The position numbers and the translations under genes were made by a program. 49,751 bases of DNA from the NCBI GenBank assembly GCA_038065475.1, contig JBBTQY010000006.1, positions 1 through 49,751 on the forward strand. Direction: 5' to 3'. Of the stretch, positions 9,791-18,745 are shown one piece after another. The stretch's first letter is position 1. Each line of letters begins with the position of its first letter. The notes beneath the pieces were generated by a model. It saw nothing but the letters and a program-made list of their open reading frames with translations. It was not told where the DNA came from and did no database searches. This DNA comes from Patescibacteria group bacterium (GTDB taxonomy: Bacteria > Patescibacteriota > Minisyncoccia > Ryanbacterales > GWA2-47-10b).

Positions 9791-11092
9791 ATGCCAAAAC
9801 CAATAAAAAAAGAACTGGTCTCGAGCGTCAAAGGGATGCATGACCTCGTAGGCGATGATTACGCCTATGTTGAGCGCATCATCAAAGAAGTAAAGCGCGT
9901 TGGCGACTACTACGGATTTGCCCCTATCGCTACACCTCATCTCGAAAAGACTGAGCTTTTTGAGCGTCCGCTCGGCGCCGAGTCCGATGTGGTTGAAAAA
10001 CAAATGTACAGTTTGCGTACCAAGGGAGGTGATCGCCTCACACTTCGCCCTGAGGGTACCGCACCCATCATGCGTGCGTATTTTGAACACGGTATGGGCA
10101 GCATGCCGCAACCGGTCAAAGTTTTTTATGGCGGTTCATTTTTTCGCCATGAAAATCCTCAAGCAGGCCGTTTTCGCGAATTTCATCAGGCAGGGGTCGA
10201 GGTGATTGGAGACGATGATGCGATCAATGACGCGCTCGTCATCCGTATTCTTGTCTCAGCTCTTCAAACTCTTGGTCTCAAAGAGATCATGGTCAACGTC
10301 AATACGATTGGTGACAAGACGTGCCGACCCGCATTTCGTAAAGAGCTCATTAACTATTACCGTAAGCACCAAGAGCGTTTGTGTAAAGATTGCAAGCGCC
10401 GCATCAAAGAAAATCCTTTACGCCTCCTCGATTGCAAAGAAGAAGTTTGTGTTGAGATTTCAAAACATGCCCCGCAAATGGTTGACTATGTCTGCGAGTT
10501 TTGCAAAAAACATTTTGCTGAAGTCCTCGAGTATCTCGATGAGTCGGGTATTCCATATTTTCTCGACAGCCACCTTGTACGCGGGTTCGATTATTATGGC
10601 CGCACCGTTTTTGAGATCTTCCCTACTGATTTGGGTGAAGGAGTAGTACCGCAAGCAATCGGTGGCGGGGGACGTTACGATGACCTTGCCGAACTCATGG
10701 GGGCGCGCAAAACCCCCGCGGTGGGGGGAGCGCTCGGGGTTGAGCGGGTTGCAGATATTCTCAAGAAAAAAGGAATCAAAGCACGACCCGAGACGCATCC
10801 AAAAATATTCCTCATCCAATTGGGGCCAGCAGCAAAGAAGAAAAGTCTTGTGCTCCTCGAAGAGATGCGAAAGATTGGAGTGCCGGTGATGCAGACGCTT
10901 GCCAAAGATAGTCTGCGGGCACAGCTCGCCATTGTCTCGAAGCTTCAGATACCCATTGCGCTGATCGTAGGTCAAAAAGAAGCACTCGATGGCACGGTCG
11001 CACTTCGCAATATGGAGACAGGAGTTCAAGAGACCCTTCCCACAGAGAAATTTATTGGTACAATAAAGGCACGATTGAAGGAATTTTCCTAA
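9791..11092 (+). CDS. hisS: Histidine--tRNA ligase
   Basis: LRPEGTA, FRHENPQAGRFREFHQ, LVRGFDYY and GGGRYD motifs. Confidence 0.97.
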   Translation: MPKPIKKELVSSVKGMHDLVGDDYAYVERIIKEVKRVGDYYGFAPIATPHLEKTELFERPLGAESDVVEKQMYSLRTKGGDRLTLRPEGTAPIMRAYFEHGMGSMPQPVKVFYGGSFFRHENPQAGRFREFHQAGVEVIGDDDAINDALVIRILVSALQTLGLKEIMVNVNTIGDKTCRPAFRKELINYYRKHQERLCKDCKRRIKENPLRLLDCKEEVCVEISKHAPQMVDYVCEFCKKHFAEVLEYLDESGIPYFLDSHLVRGFDYYGRTVFEIFPTDLGEGVVPQAIGGGGRYDDLAELMGARKTPAVGGALGVERVADILKKKGIKARPETHPKIFLIQLGPAAKKKSLVLLEEMRKIGVPVMQTLAKDSLRAQLAIVSKLQIPIALIVGQKEALDGTVALRNMETGVQETLPTEKFIGTIKARLKEFS

Positions 11093-11112
11093 ATCACTAC
11101 TAGAAAATAATT

Positions 11113-11328
11113 ATGGTTACAGTAATCAAACGCGAAAAAGAAACAACAGGTTCACTCTTGCGACGTTTTAGCAAGAAGGTTCAACAGTCGAAAATTTTGC
11201 TCAAAGCCCGCTCACTCAATGTGCGGACCCGTGCAAAGTCAAAGACTAAAAAGAAAAAAGATGCTCTTCGCCGTGTTATCAAACGCAAAGAATACGACCG
11301 CCTTCGCAAGTTAGGTAAGGATGTATAA
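11113..11328 (+). CDS. rpsU: 30S ribosomal protein bS21
   Basis: 71-aa basic protein with LLRRFSKKV, located directly upstream of yqeY in the classic synteny. Confidence 0.8.
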   Translation: MVTVIKREKETTGSLLRRFSKKVQQSKILLKARSLNVRTRAKSKTKKKKDALRRVIKRKEYDRLRKLGKDV

Positions 11329-11334
11329 ACACTG

Positions 11335-11802
11335 ATGGAACTGATCGAGAAACTGCGAGCAGATCTCAAGAGTGCCATGCAGGCAGGTGACCAGAAGCGC
11401 ACCGGTACTTTGCGCATGCTTTTTTCTGCTATCAAGAATAAAGAGATCGAAGAACGTAAAAAAGATATTGGTCTTGGTGACCAAGACGTGATTGCAGTGG
11501 TACAGCGTGAGGCAAAAAAACGCAAAGATGCTATAGCTGAGTATGAGAAGGCTGGACGACCAGAGCTCGCCGAATCAGAAAAAGAAGAGCTTGCGATACT
11601 TGCAGTCTACCTGCCTGAAGAATTGCCTGACGAAGAAATCATCCGCATCATCCAAGACGGTATCCGTCAGCTCGGGACTCCCTCAGAAAAAGATACAGGT
11701 GCTCTTATGAAAATCATTATGCCGTCACTTAAAGGACGTGCTTCCGGCGATCGTATTACCAAACTTGCCAAGGACGCTCTCGCAGAGCAGGCGGCACAGT
11801 AA
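11335..11802 (+). CDS. yqeY: GatB/YqeY domain protein
   Basis: DLKSAM, AIKNKEIE, KKRKDAI, AGRPELAE and YLPEEL motifs. Confidence 0.92.
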   Translation: MELIEKLRADLKSAMQAGDQKRTGTLRMLFSAIKNKEIEERKKDIGLGDQDVIAVVQREAKKRKDAIAEYEKAGRPELAESEKEELAILAVYLPEELPDEEIIRIIQDGIRQLGTPSEKDTGALMKIIMPSLKGRASGDRITKLAKDALAEQAAQ

Positions 11803-11811
11803 TACTCACTC

Positions 11812-13038
11812 GTGGCGCGACCTCATTACTTCATCGGACTTGATGTAGGATCAGCAAGCGTTCGTTTTGTGGCACTCGGGAGAAATGAATCGGGTGTTCT
11901 TTCGGTTGCTGGCGTTTCCGAGCAGGCTATCGATGGTATGCGCAAGGGTGCCGTTGCGTCTCCTGATCTTGTTGCGCGCGGTATTACCAAAGCAGCTCTT
12001 GAATTAAAAAAACAATACGGTATTGAGGCAAATCACGCAGTAGTTTCACTCGGTGAGCCGCGCATTGTGGGCGTCGCATCAAAGGGAGCGGTATCAATCT
12101 CACGCGCAGATGGTGAGGTGACACGTGAAGATGTCGCGCGCGTGCTCGAAAATGCCGAGGGCGCACTTCCGCGTCTTGGCAATCGCGAGATACTCCATCA
12201 GTTTCCACTTTTTTATAATGTTGATCATGATACGCGTCTTCGCGAGGCAATAGGTCTTGTGGGCGCGAAACTTGAGGTAGAAGCACTTTTTGTAGCCGCA
12301 TTCTCAGCGCATATGAGAAATCTCTATCGTGCGCTTGAGCTCGCAGGTATTGTTGTCGACGACATGCTTGCCGCGCCTTACGCTGCGTCATTTCATGCGC
12401 TTTCGCGCAAACAAAAAGAGGTTGGGTGTGTACTTATCAATATTGGCGCACAAACCTCCGGCGTCGCCGTTTTTGAAGAGGGGATGTTGGTCTCGCTTGA
12501 GATGATTCCAGTAGGGTCTGGGCATATTACCTATGATATTGGCCTCGGGTTCCAGATTGATACGGCATCTGCCGAGCGCGTGAAGCGCAACCTCGCTTCT
12601 TTCCTTGAGCAGGGTAAAAAAGAAATCCGCCTTTCAGACTTCCCCAAAAACTTTGAGGACAGTTTCTCGCAGCGCAAGCTCAAAGAGATCGTATCGGCGC
12701 GCCTCGGTGATATTTTTGAACTTGTCGCAAAACACCTCAAGCGTATTGATCGCGCGGAACTCTTGCCCGGCGGCGTTATTCTTGCGGGTGGTGGATCAAA
12801 GCTTTACGATATTGGGCAAATTGCCCGTGACGAGCTTCGTTTGCCGATAGAGATGGCGCAGGGTGCACCAGGGCTTGGCGAGCGCAAAGAACTTGTCTCG
12901 GGTCCTGAGTGGGTGACAGCCGCAGGTCTCGCACGTTTTGCTGCTGATCAGCACAGTCCTGCCGGCCGCATGTCCGAGCTTTTCTCGTCATCATTTTCCC
13001 AGCGCGTCAAAAAAATTCTTCGTTCGCTGATTCCATAA
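11812..13038 (+). CDS. ftsA: Cell division protein FtsA
   Basis: GLDVGS, INIGAQTS, AERVK and LPGGVILAGGGSKL motifs. Lies upstream of ftsZ. Confidence 0.93.
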   Translation: MARPHYFIGLDVGSASVRFVALGRNESGVLSVAGVSEQAIDGMRKGAVASPDLVARGITKAALELKKQYGIEANHAVVSLGEPRIVGVASKGAVSISRADGEVTREDVARVLENAEGALPRLGNREILHQFPLFYNVDHDTRLREAIGLVGAKLEVEALFVAAFSAHMRNLYRALELAGIVVDDMLAAPYAASFHALSRKQKEVGCVLINIGAQTSGVAVFEEGMLVSLEMIPVGSGHITYDIGLGFQIDTASAERVKRNLASFLEQGKKEIRLSDFPKNFEDSFSQRKLKEIVSARLGDIFELVAKHLKRIDRAELLPGGVILAGGGSKLYDIGQIARDELRLPIEMAQGAPGLGERKELVSGPEWVTAAGLARFAADQHSPAGRMSELFSSSFSQRVKKILRSLIP

Positions 13039-13137
13039 ACAACAATATTTGACGAGGTTGTAAACCCTGTGGTCTAGAGGGCATGCACGGGCGATTTTTC
13101 CTTGACGCGTGTTCTTTAGCAACGCTAGAGTATGGCC

Positions 13138-14250
13138 ATGCCACGCATAAATCCTGAAGCTGAAACATTCGCACGCATCAAAGTTTTTGGTATGGGCGGC
13201 TCCGGCGGCAATGCTATCGATCACATGATTCGCGCAAAAGTACCGGGCGTTGATTTTGTCGCTATCAATACTGATGCGCAGGATTTGCATCACTCACTCG
13301 CACCACGAAAAATTCACATCGGTAAATCTGCTACGCGCGGTTTGGGTGCAGGCATGGATCCATCACTCGGGCGACAAGCAGCCGAAGAAAATAAAAATGA
13401 AATCACTGAACTCGTACGCGGCGTTGATATGGTTTTTATCGCAGGAGGTTTCGGTGGGGGAACATGTACAGGGGCAGCACCTGTTGTGGCCGAGATCGCG
13501 CGCAACGAGGGCGCACTGACCGTTGCAGTCGTGACGCGGCCGTTTGCATTTGAAGGGTCAGAACGCAATCGCATCGCTGATGAAGGTTTGCAAAGACTTC
13601 GCGAAGCCGTTGATGCGATGATTGTAATACCTAACGATAGAATTTTGAGCATGATCGAGAAAAAAACTTCGTTCCTCGATGCATTTTCAAAGTGTGATGA
13701 AGTGTTGCGTCAAGCAGTCCAAGGTATTTCTGATTTGATAACACTCCCGGGTATCATCAACGTCGATTTTTCTGACATTCGTGCCATCATGAAGAACGCA
13801 GGCTCTGCGCTTATGGGTATTGGTAAGGCGACAGGGGATGATCGAGCTATTCAAGCAGCGAAACAAGCGATCAATTCACCCCTTCTCGATCTTTCTATTG
13901 AGGGTGCACACGGAGTTTTATTCTCAGTTGCGGGCGGTGATGACTTAACAATGTGGGAAGTGAACGAAGCGGCAAAAATTATTACGGAAAGCATCGCGAA
14001 AGATGCAAAAGTTATTTTCGGTGCCGTCAAAGACGATCGTTTGCGCAAAGGTGAACTCAAAATCACCGTCGTTGCCACTGGTTTTGGTGATGGATATGCG
14101 CCCGTTCTTCCAAAAAGTCCAAATTTGTTCTCAGCACTTCCAAGAAAAGAGGAGGTGCTAGCTCCGCGACCAATCAAACCGACGACAGAAGAGGAATCAT
14201 CTGATGAATGGGATGCGATACCCGCATTTCTACGCCGAACAAAAAAATAA
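13138..14250 (+). CDS. ftsZ: Cell division protein FtsZ
   Basis: GGSGGNA, NTDAQDL, tubulin-signature variant GGFGGGTCTGAAP, INVDFSD and C-terminal IPAFLRR. Alternative start at 13132. Confidence 0.98.
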   Translation: MPRINPEAETFARIKVFGMGGSGGNAIDHMIRAKVPGVDFVAINTDAQDLHHSLAPRKIHIGKSATRGLGAGMDPSLGRQAAEENKNEITELVRGVDMVFIAGGFGGGTCTGAAPVVAEIARNEGALTVAVVTRPFAFEGSERNRIADEGLQRLREAVDAMIVIPNDRILSMIEKKTSFLDAFSKCDEVLRQAVQGISDLITLPGIINVDFSDIRAIMKNAGSALMGIGKATGDDRAIQAAKQAINSPLLDLSIEGAHGVLFSVAGGDDLTMWEVNEAAKIITESIAKDAKVIFGAVKDDRLRKGELKITVVATGFGDGYAPVLPKSPNLFSALPRKEEVLAPRPIKPTTEEESSDEWDAIPAFLRRTKK

Positions 14251-14265
14251 ACACAAAAAAATCAT

Positions 14266-14302
14266 AAAAAAGCGTCCGCGCACCTTGCCGGACGCTTTTT
14301 TT
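14266..14302 (+). terminator. Intrinsic terminator after ftsZ
   Basis: AAAAAAGCGTCCG / CGGACGCTTTTTT stem with a T tract. Confidence 0.8.
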
Positions 14303-14438
14303 GTGTTCAAAAAATGAGCACCCACAACAATACCATAACTGGGTCGCACAATTTCGAAAAAAAGTTGAGTTATCCACTTCCACCCGAACGTTTCGGAGGC
14401 ATACACTACGTATACGTTATCAAAAGAAATTAATTTGT

Positions 14439-17189
14439 ATGTCCACCACCCCATCAGCAACTCCAAAGGCAACCGAAAAAAAACAATCAACAGTCAAAGG
14501 CCGCACATTGGGTATCGAGCGGTTTTTTTCTCACGCAAATGTTCATCCTTATGATGAAATTACATGGGAAAAGCGCCGCGCGCTCATTAGTGACTCCAAA
14601 GGCAATGTTATTTTCGAGCAAAACGATGTCGAAGTCCCTGCGTTTTGGTCGCAAACGGCAACTGATATCGTAGCTGAGAAATATTTCTCCGGACACATTG
14701 GTAAAAAGGGTCGCGAATCATCGGTACGTCAGCTTATCAACCGCGTGGCGGACACTTTGTTGCAGTGGGGCGCCCAGCATTCCTACTTTAAAGATAAAGA
14801 AGAAGAGCAAATCTTTAACGAAGAGCTCAAAGCGATATTGGTCAACCAATATGCGGCGTTCAATTCACCCGTATGGTTCAATCTTGGTGTGGAGGAGAAG
14901 CCACAGTGCTCCGCGTGCTTTATTCTTTCAGTTCAAGACAACAAAGAATCGATCGCTGAGTGGTACAAAAACGAAATGTTTATCTTTTCGGGTGGTTCAG
15001 GCGCCGGTCTCGATGTTTCATCTCTTCGCTCATCGCGTGAGTTTATCCGCAATCGCGGAAAGTCATCAGGCCCTGTTTCATTTATGAAAGGAGCAGATGC
15101 AATCGCAGGCACAATCAAGTCCGGTGGTAAGACGAGACGCGCGGCAAAGATGGTTGTCATGAAAGTTGATCATCCAGATATTCGCGAGTTCATCACTTGC
15201 AAATGGAAAGAAGAGGAAAAAGCAAAAGCATTGATTGCGATGGGATATAGCGATGCAATCGATGGCGATGTGTACAACAATATCTTTTTTCAGAACGCAA
15301 ACAACTCGGTGCGTGTGACTGATGATTTTATGCAGCGCGTTGCTGAAGACGGCGAGTGGGATCTCAAAGCGGTAACCACTGGTGATACGGTTGAGACAAC
15401 ACGTGCACGTGATTTGATGCAGCTCATTGCGGAGGCAGCATGGCACTGTGCAGATCCTGGCATTCAATATGATACGACAATCAACCGTTGGCATACTGCG
15501 TCGGTGACTGGGCGTATCAATGCATCGAACCCATGTTCGGAATACATGCATCTCGATGATTCGGCGTGTAATCTTGCCTCTCTTAATCTCATGAAGTTTA
15601 CCCGCGAGGATGGTTCATTTGATGTCACGGCATTCCGTGCCGCAGTGCGCACGATGACGACAGCCATGGATATTATTGTCGCGGGATCAGCCTACCCTAC
15701 AGAAAAAATTACTAAAAATGCAAAAGATTTCCGCGAGCTCGGTCTTGGATACGCAAATCTCGGCGCTATGCTCATGTACAAAGGGTTACCCTACGATTCA
15801 TATGAAGGACGCGCATGGGCAGGGGCTATCACAGCACTCATGACAGGGGAGGCATATCTTGCTTCTACCTATGTAGCAGAGCGTGTAGGGCCGTTTGCAG
15901 GCTATCAGACCAACAAAAAGCCTATGCAGAAGGTACTTCGCATGCACCGCAATGAAGTAGACCATATTGATGCGAGCTACGTGCAAAAGGACCTTTTGGA
16001 CGCTGCCTATGAGGCCTGGGACAAAGCGGTTGAGCGTACTGAAAAGCATGGTATTCGCAATTCGCAAGCTTCCGTTTTGGCGCCTACCGGCACTATTGCC
16101 TTTATGATGGATTGCGATACTACCGGTGTTGAACCTGACTTCTCTCTCATTAAATATAAGAAGATGGTAGGCGGAGGTTTTCTCAAGATTGTTAATCGCA
16201 CACTCCCACATGCTCTTTCGAATCTCGGTTATAGCGCCGAAGAAGTAAGCGAGATCGTCCACTATATAGAAGAAAACGACCGTATTGAAGGCGCACCTCA
16301 CATCAAAGATGAGCACTTGGCGGTATTTGATTGCGCGACCAATGCACCGGGCGGTATTCGCTCGATTCATTATATGGGCCATATTCGTATGATGGCGGCC
16401 GCACAACCATTTATCTCGGGCGCGATTTCTAAGACAGTAAATCTTCCGTCGTCAGCGACTGTAGAAGATATCATGAGTGTCTATATCGATAGCTGGAAAC
16501 TTGGCTTGAAGGCAGTCGCCGTTTACCGTGATGGATCAAAAGGCGCACAACCTCTCAACACGGGCCGCACCAAAGGATCCAATGAAGACCAGGTAGCTAC
16601 AGAGCGCCTCACGCGTCGCCCGTTGCCAGCTGATGTCATCTCGTATCGTCACAAGTTTTCAGTCATGGGTCACGAAGGATATTTGCACTACGGACTCTAT
16701 CCAGACGGTACGCTTGGCGAAGTATTTATCCGCATGGCAAAAGAAGGCAGTACTATTTCCGGTCTTCTCGATTCGATTGGTGTACTTATGTCAGTATCAC
16801 TCCAATATGGTGTGCCGGTAGAGACAATCGTACGCAAATTTGTTCACGCGCGGTTTGAGCCAGCTGGTTTTACTGAAAATCCCGATGTACCCGTTGCTAA
16901 ATCAATTCTTGATTATCTTGCCAAATTCCTCGCACTCAAATTCTTGAGCACTGACGATCAGCACAGCTTGGGTATTTATGCCGAATCGATGACACCTGCC
17001 GCAGAACAGACGACTGATTCTTCGCACACCGAGGTGACTGTACAAAATACCGAAATCGTACGAGTAGAAAAGATGACTGTTTCCTCCTACCTTGATGCTC
17101 CTGCATGCCGTTGTGGCGCAATTATGGTGCGCACTGGTTCCTGTTACACTTGTAGGTCATGCGGAGCGAATGTAGGTTCCTGTGGATGA
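14439..17189 (+). CDS. nrdJ: Vitamin B12-dependent (class II) ribonucleotide reductase with C-terminal TSCPD-like domain and Zn ribbon
   Basis: FNSPVWFN, QCSACFI, SGGKTRRAAKM, ASNPCSE, ACNLASLNL, APTGTI and AISKTVN motifs, plus a C-terminal Cys cluster. Start reassigned to ATG at 14439. Confidence 0.95.
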   Translation: MSTTPSATPKATEKKQSTVKGRTLGIERFFSHANVHPYDEITWEKRRALISDSKGNVIFEQNDVEVPAFWSQTATDIVAEKYFSGHIGKKGRESSVRQLINRVADTLLQWGAQHSYFKDKEEEQIFNEELKAILVNQYAAFNSPVWFNLGVEEKPQCSACFILSVQDNKESIAEWYKNEMFIFSGGSGAGLDVSSLRSSREFIRNRGKSSGPVSFMKGADAIAGTIKSGGKTRRAAKMVVMKVDHPDIREFITCKWKEEEKAKALIAMGYSDAIDGDVYNNIFFQNANNSVRVTDDFMQRVAEDGEWDLKAVTTGDTVETTRARDLMQLIAEAAWHCADPGIQYDTTINRWHTASVTGRINASNPCSEYMHLDDSACNLASLNLMKFTREDGSFDVTAFRAAVRTMTTAMDIIVAGSAYPTEKITKNAKDFRELGLGYANLGAMLMYKGLPYDSYEGRAWAGAITALMTGEAYLASTYVAERVGPFAGYQTNKKPMQKVLRMHRNEVDHIDASYVQKDLLDAAYEAWDKAVERTEKHGIRNSQASVLAPTGTIAFMMDCDTTGVEPDFSLIKYKKMVGGGFLKIVNRTLPHALSNLGYSAEEVSEIVHYIEENDRIEGAPHIKDEHLAVFDCATNAPGGIRSIHYMGHIRMMAAAQPFISGAISKTVNLPSSATVEDIMSVYIDSWKLGLKAVAVYRDGSKGAQPLNTGRTKGSNEDQVATERLTRRPLPADVISYRHKFSVMGHEGYLHYGLYPDGTLGEVFIRMAKEGSTISGLLDSIGVLMSVSLQYGVPVETIVRKFVHARFEPAGFTENPDVPVAKSILDYLAKFLALKFLSTDDQHSLGIYAESMTPAAEQTTDSSHTEVTVQNTEIVRVEKMTVSSYLDAPACRCGAIMVRTGSCYTCRSCGANVGSCG

Positions 17190-17220
17190 TAGAAAGTATT
17201 TTTCAATTTTGAGATAAGGG

Positions 17221-17256
17221 CACAAAACCCCCACGCTTCGGCGAGGGGGTTTTGTG
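17221..17256 (+). terminator. Intrinsic terminator after nrdJ
   Basis: CACAAAACCCCC...GGGGGTTTTGTG stem. Confidence 0.75.
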
Positions 17257-17266
17257 TTCTACAAGC

Positions 17267-17360
17267 AAGAAACAAAATATTATTTTTTATGTGCCCAAGC
17301 TCTTTCTTCTAAACTCGAGATTTCTCAGGCAGAAACATAAAAAACAATATTTTATTTCTT
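17267..17360. repeat. 26-bp imperfect inverted repeat
   Basis: 17267-17292 AAGAAACAAAATATTATTTTTTATGT versus the reverse complement of 17335-17360, AAGAAATAAAATATTGTTTTTTATGT: 24/26 match. Confidence 0.8.
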
Positions 17361-17385
17361 TTATGCAAACTGTTACAAATAGATT

Positions 17386-17907
17386 ATGTTTTATATTTTC
17401 ACGGGTGATGGCAAAGGAAAGACCACAGCTGCCTTAGGGCAGGCACTGCGCGCAGTGGGTGATGGTAAGCGTGTGTTGATGGTTCAATTTATCAAAGGCC
17501 CATGGCCGTCAGGTGAAGATGAGGCATATAAAAGACTTGCTCCAGATTTTGAACTACGAAAACGCGGCAAGGGTTTTGTGGGGATTTTAAATGATACACT
17601 CCCACGCGAAGCACATGAAGAGGCTGCTCGAGAAGCGCTCGCAGAACTTGCGCATGAGACAGAGTCGGGCGCGTGGCATATTGTGATTGCTGACGAGATC
17701 AATAATGCGCTTGATCTCAACTTGATTGCAGATGATGATGCAATGCGTCTTCTCGATACTGCACGTGAGAAAAAAATTGACCTGATATTTACTGGTAGGG
17801 GAGCGAAAAAAATATTCATCGATCAGGCAGATTTAGTATCAGAAGTGCAAGACGTAAAGCACCCATTTTATGAAGGCAAAAAAGCACGACGTGGAATAGA
17901 ATATTGA
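17386..17907 (+). CDS. btuR: Cob(I)alamin adenosyltransferase (CobA/BtuR/CobO family)
   Basis: TGDGKGKTTAALG, VQFIKG, ADEI, TGRGA and KHPF..G..ARRGIEY motifs. Confidence 0.92.
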   Translation: MFYIFTGDGKGKTTAALGQALRAVGDGKRVLMVQFIKGPWPSGEDEAYKRLAPDFELRKRGKGFVGILNDTLPREAHEEAAREALAELAHETESGAWHIVIADEINNALDLNLIADDDAMRLLDTAREKKIDLIFTGRGAKKIFIDQADLVSEVQDVKHPFYEGKKARRGIEY

Positions 17908-17943
17908 GCTTGATTTTTTCTGAAAATCTGCTACAATGCGAAA

Positions 17944-18366
17944 TAGATACGTTGAGTAATCGCCCCGCTGAAGCGGGGAGGAAAGTCCGGGCACCATTTC
18001 AAAGATTTTTTCTTTGATAAAGTGGCAATGGCTAACGGCCATCCATCCAAGAATTTTTTCTTGGTACGAGATAGTGCCACAGAGACCATACCGCCGATCG
18101 TCATTTCAAAAACCCTAAAGGTTTTTGAGTTGAAGGCCGTCTCGCACAACGAGACGAGCTTCGCCCCGAAAGGGGCGAGAGGTAAGGGTGAAAAGAGTGG
18201 TGTAAGAGACCACAGCGTGCGTAGGCAACTGCGCGCGGAGGAAAACACTTGCCCGGTGCAACTCCCGTACTATGTGAAAGCATTTTGTGGAGGCTCGAGC
18301 TTTGTGGGTAACCCAAAGCCCAGATAGATGATTACATAAAACAGAACCCGGCTTACGGACGTATCT
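17944..18366 (+). ncRNA. rnpB: RNase P RNA
   Basis: Conserved GAGGAAAGTCCGGGC, AGTGCCACAGA and ACAGAACCCGGCTTA. P1 is AGATACGT/ACGTATCT. A TACAAT -10 box lies upstream and a terminator downstream. Confidence 0.95.
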
Positions 18367-18367
18367 C

Positions 18368-18403
18368 AAAACAAAAAATCCCCGCAAGGGGATTTTTTGT
18401 TTT
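18368..18403. terminator. Bidirectional intrinsic terminator
   Basis: AAAACAAAAAATCCCC-GCAA-GGGGATTTTTTGTTTT lies between rnpB and the convergent MerR-like gene. Confidence 0.85.
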
Positions 18404-18625
18404 CTACTCTTCCTCGAGACTTACGCGGAGTTTGCGAGATTTGCGTGGGCTTGTCTCGATGTTTTTCATGAGTTCATCGAGATCATCTTTTTTGTACACG
18501 CGATAATTATTCATAGGATGGCGATAGGCGATAAGCTTGCCGTTCTTGTCCCAGTTGCGCAGTGTGAGCGCGCTCACACCCAAAACTGCGGCGGCTTGTT
18601 TTATAGTGTAGTAGCGTTGCTCCAT
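18404..18625 (-). CDS. MerR-family helix-turn-helix protein (stand-alone DNA-binding domain)
   Basis: YTIKQAAAVLGVSALTLRNWDKNGKL..RHPMNNYRVY. Confidence 0.85.
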   Translation of the reverse strand: MEQRYYTIKQAAAVLGVSALTLRNWDKNGKLIAYRHPMNNYRVYKKDDLDELMKNIETSPRKSRKLRVSLEEE

Positions 18626-18745
18626 GGTTGAATAAGCTTGATGAAGGTTTTAATAGATCTTGATACTTTTCTTTTGATGTGTTGTTGCAGGTTTCCTCTG
18701 TCCACAGCTTGCTTATCGTATTCTGTTGCGACTAGTATAGGTCAT

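Noticed and set aside
14303-14438. Cobalamin riboswitch upstream of nrdJ
   Set aside because: The region is short and lacks the GGGAA and GCCACTG B12-box elements.
1883-17189. Inteins or introns in gyrA or nrdJ
   Set aside because: Both have normal lengths with contiguous motifs and no intein splice signatures.
17931-18387. ORFs in the 17.9-18.4 kb region
   Set aside because: The region is explained by RNase P RNA.
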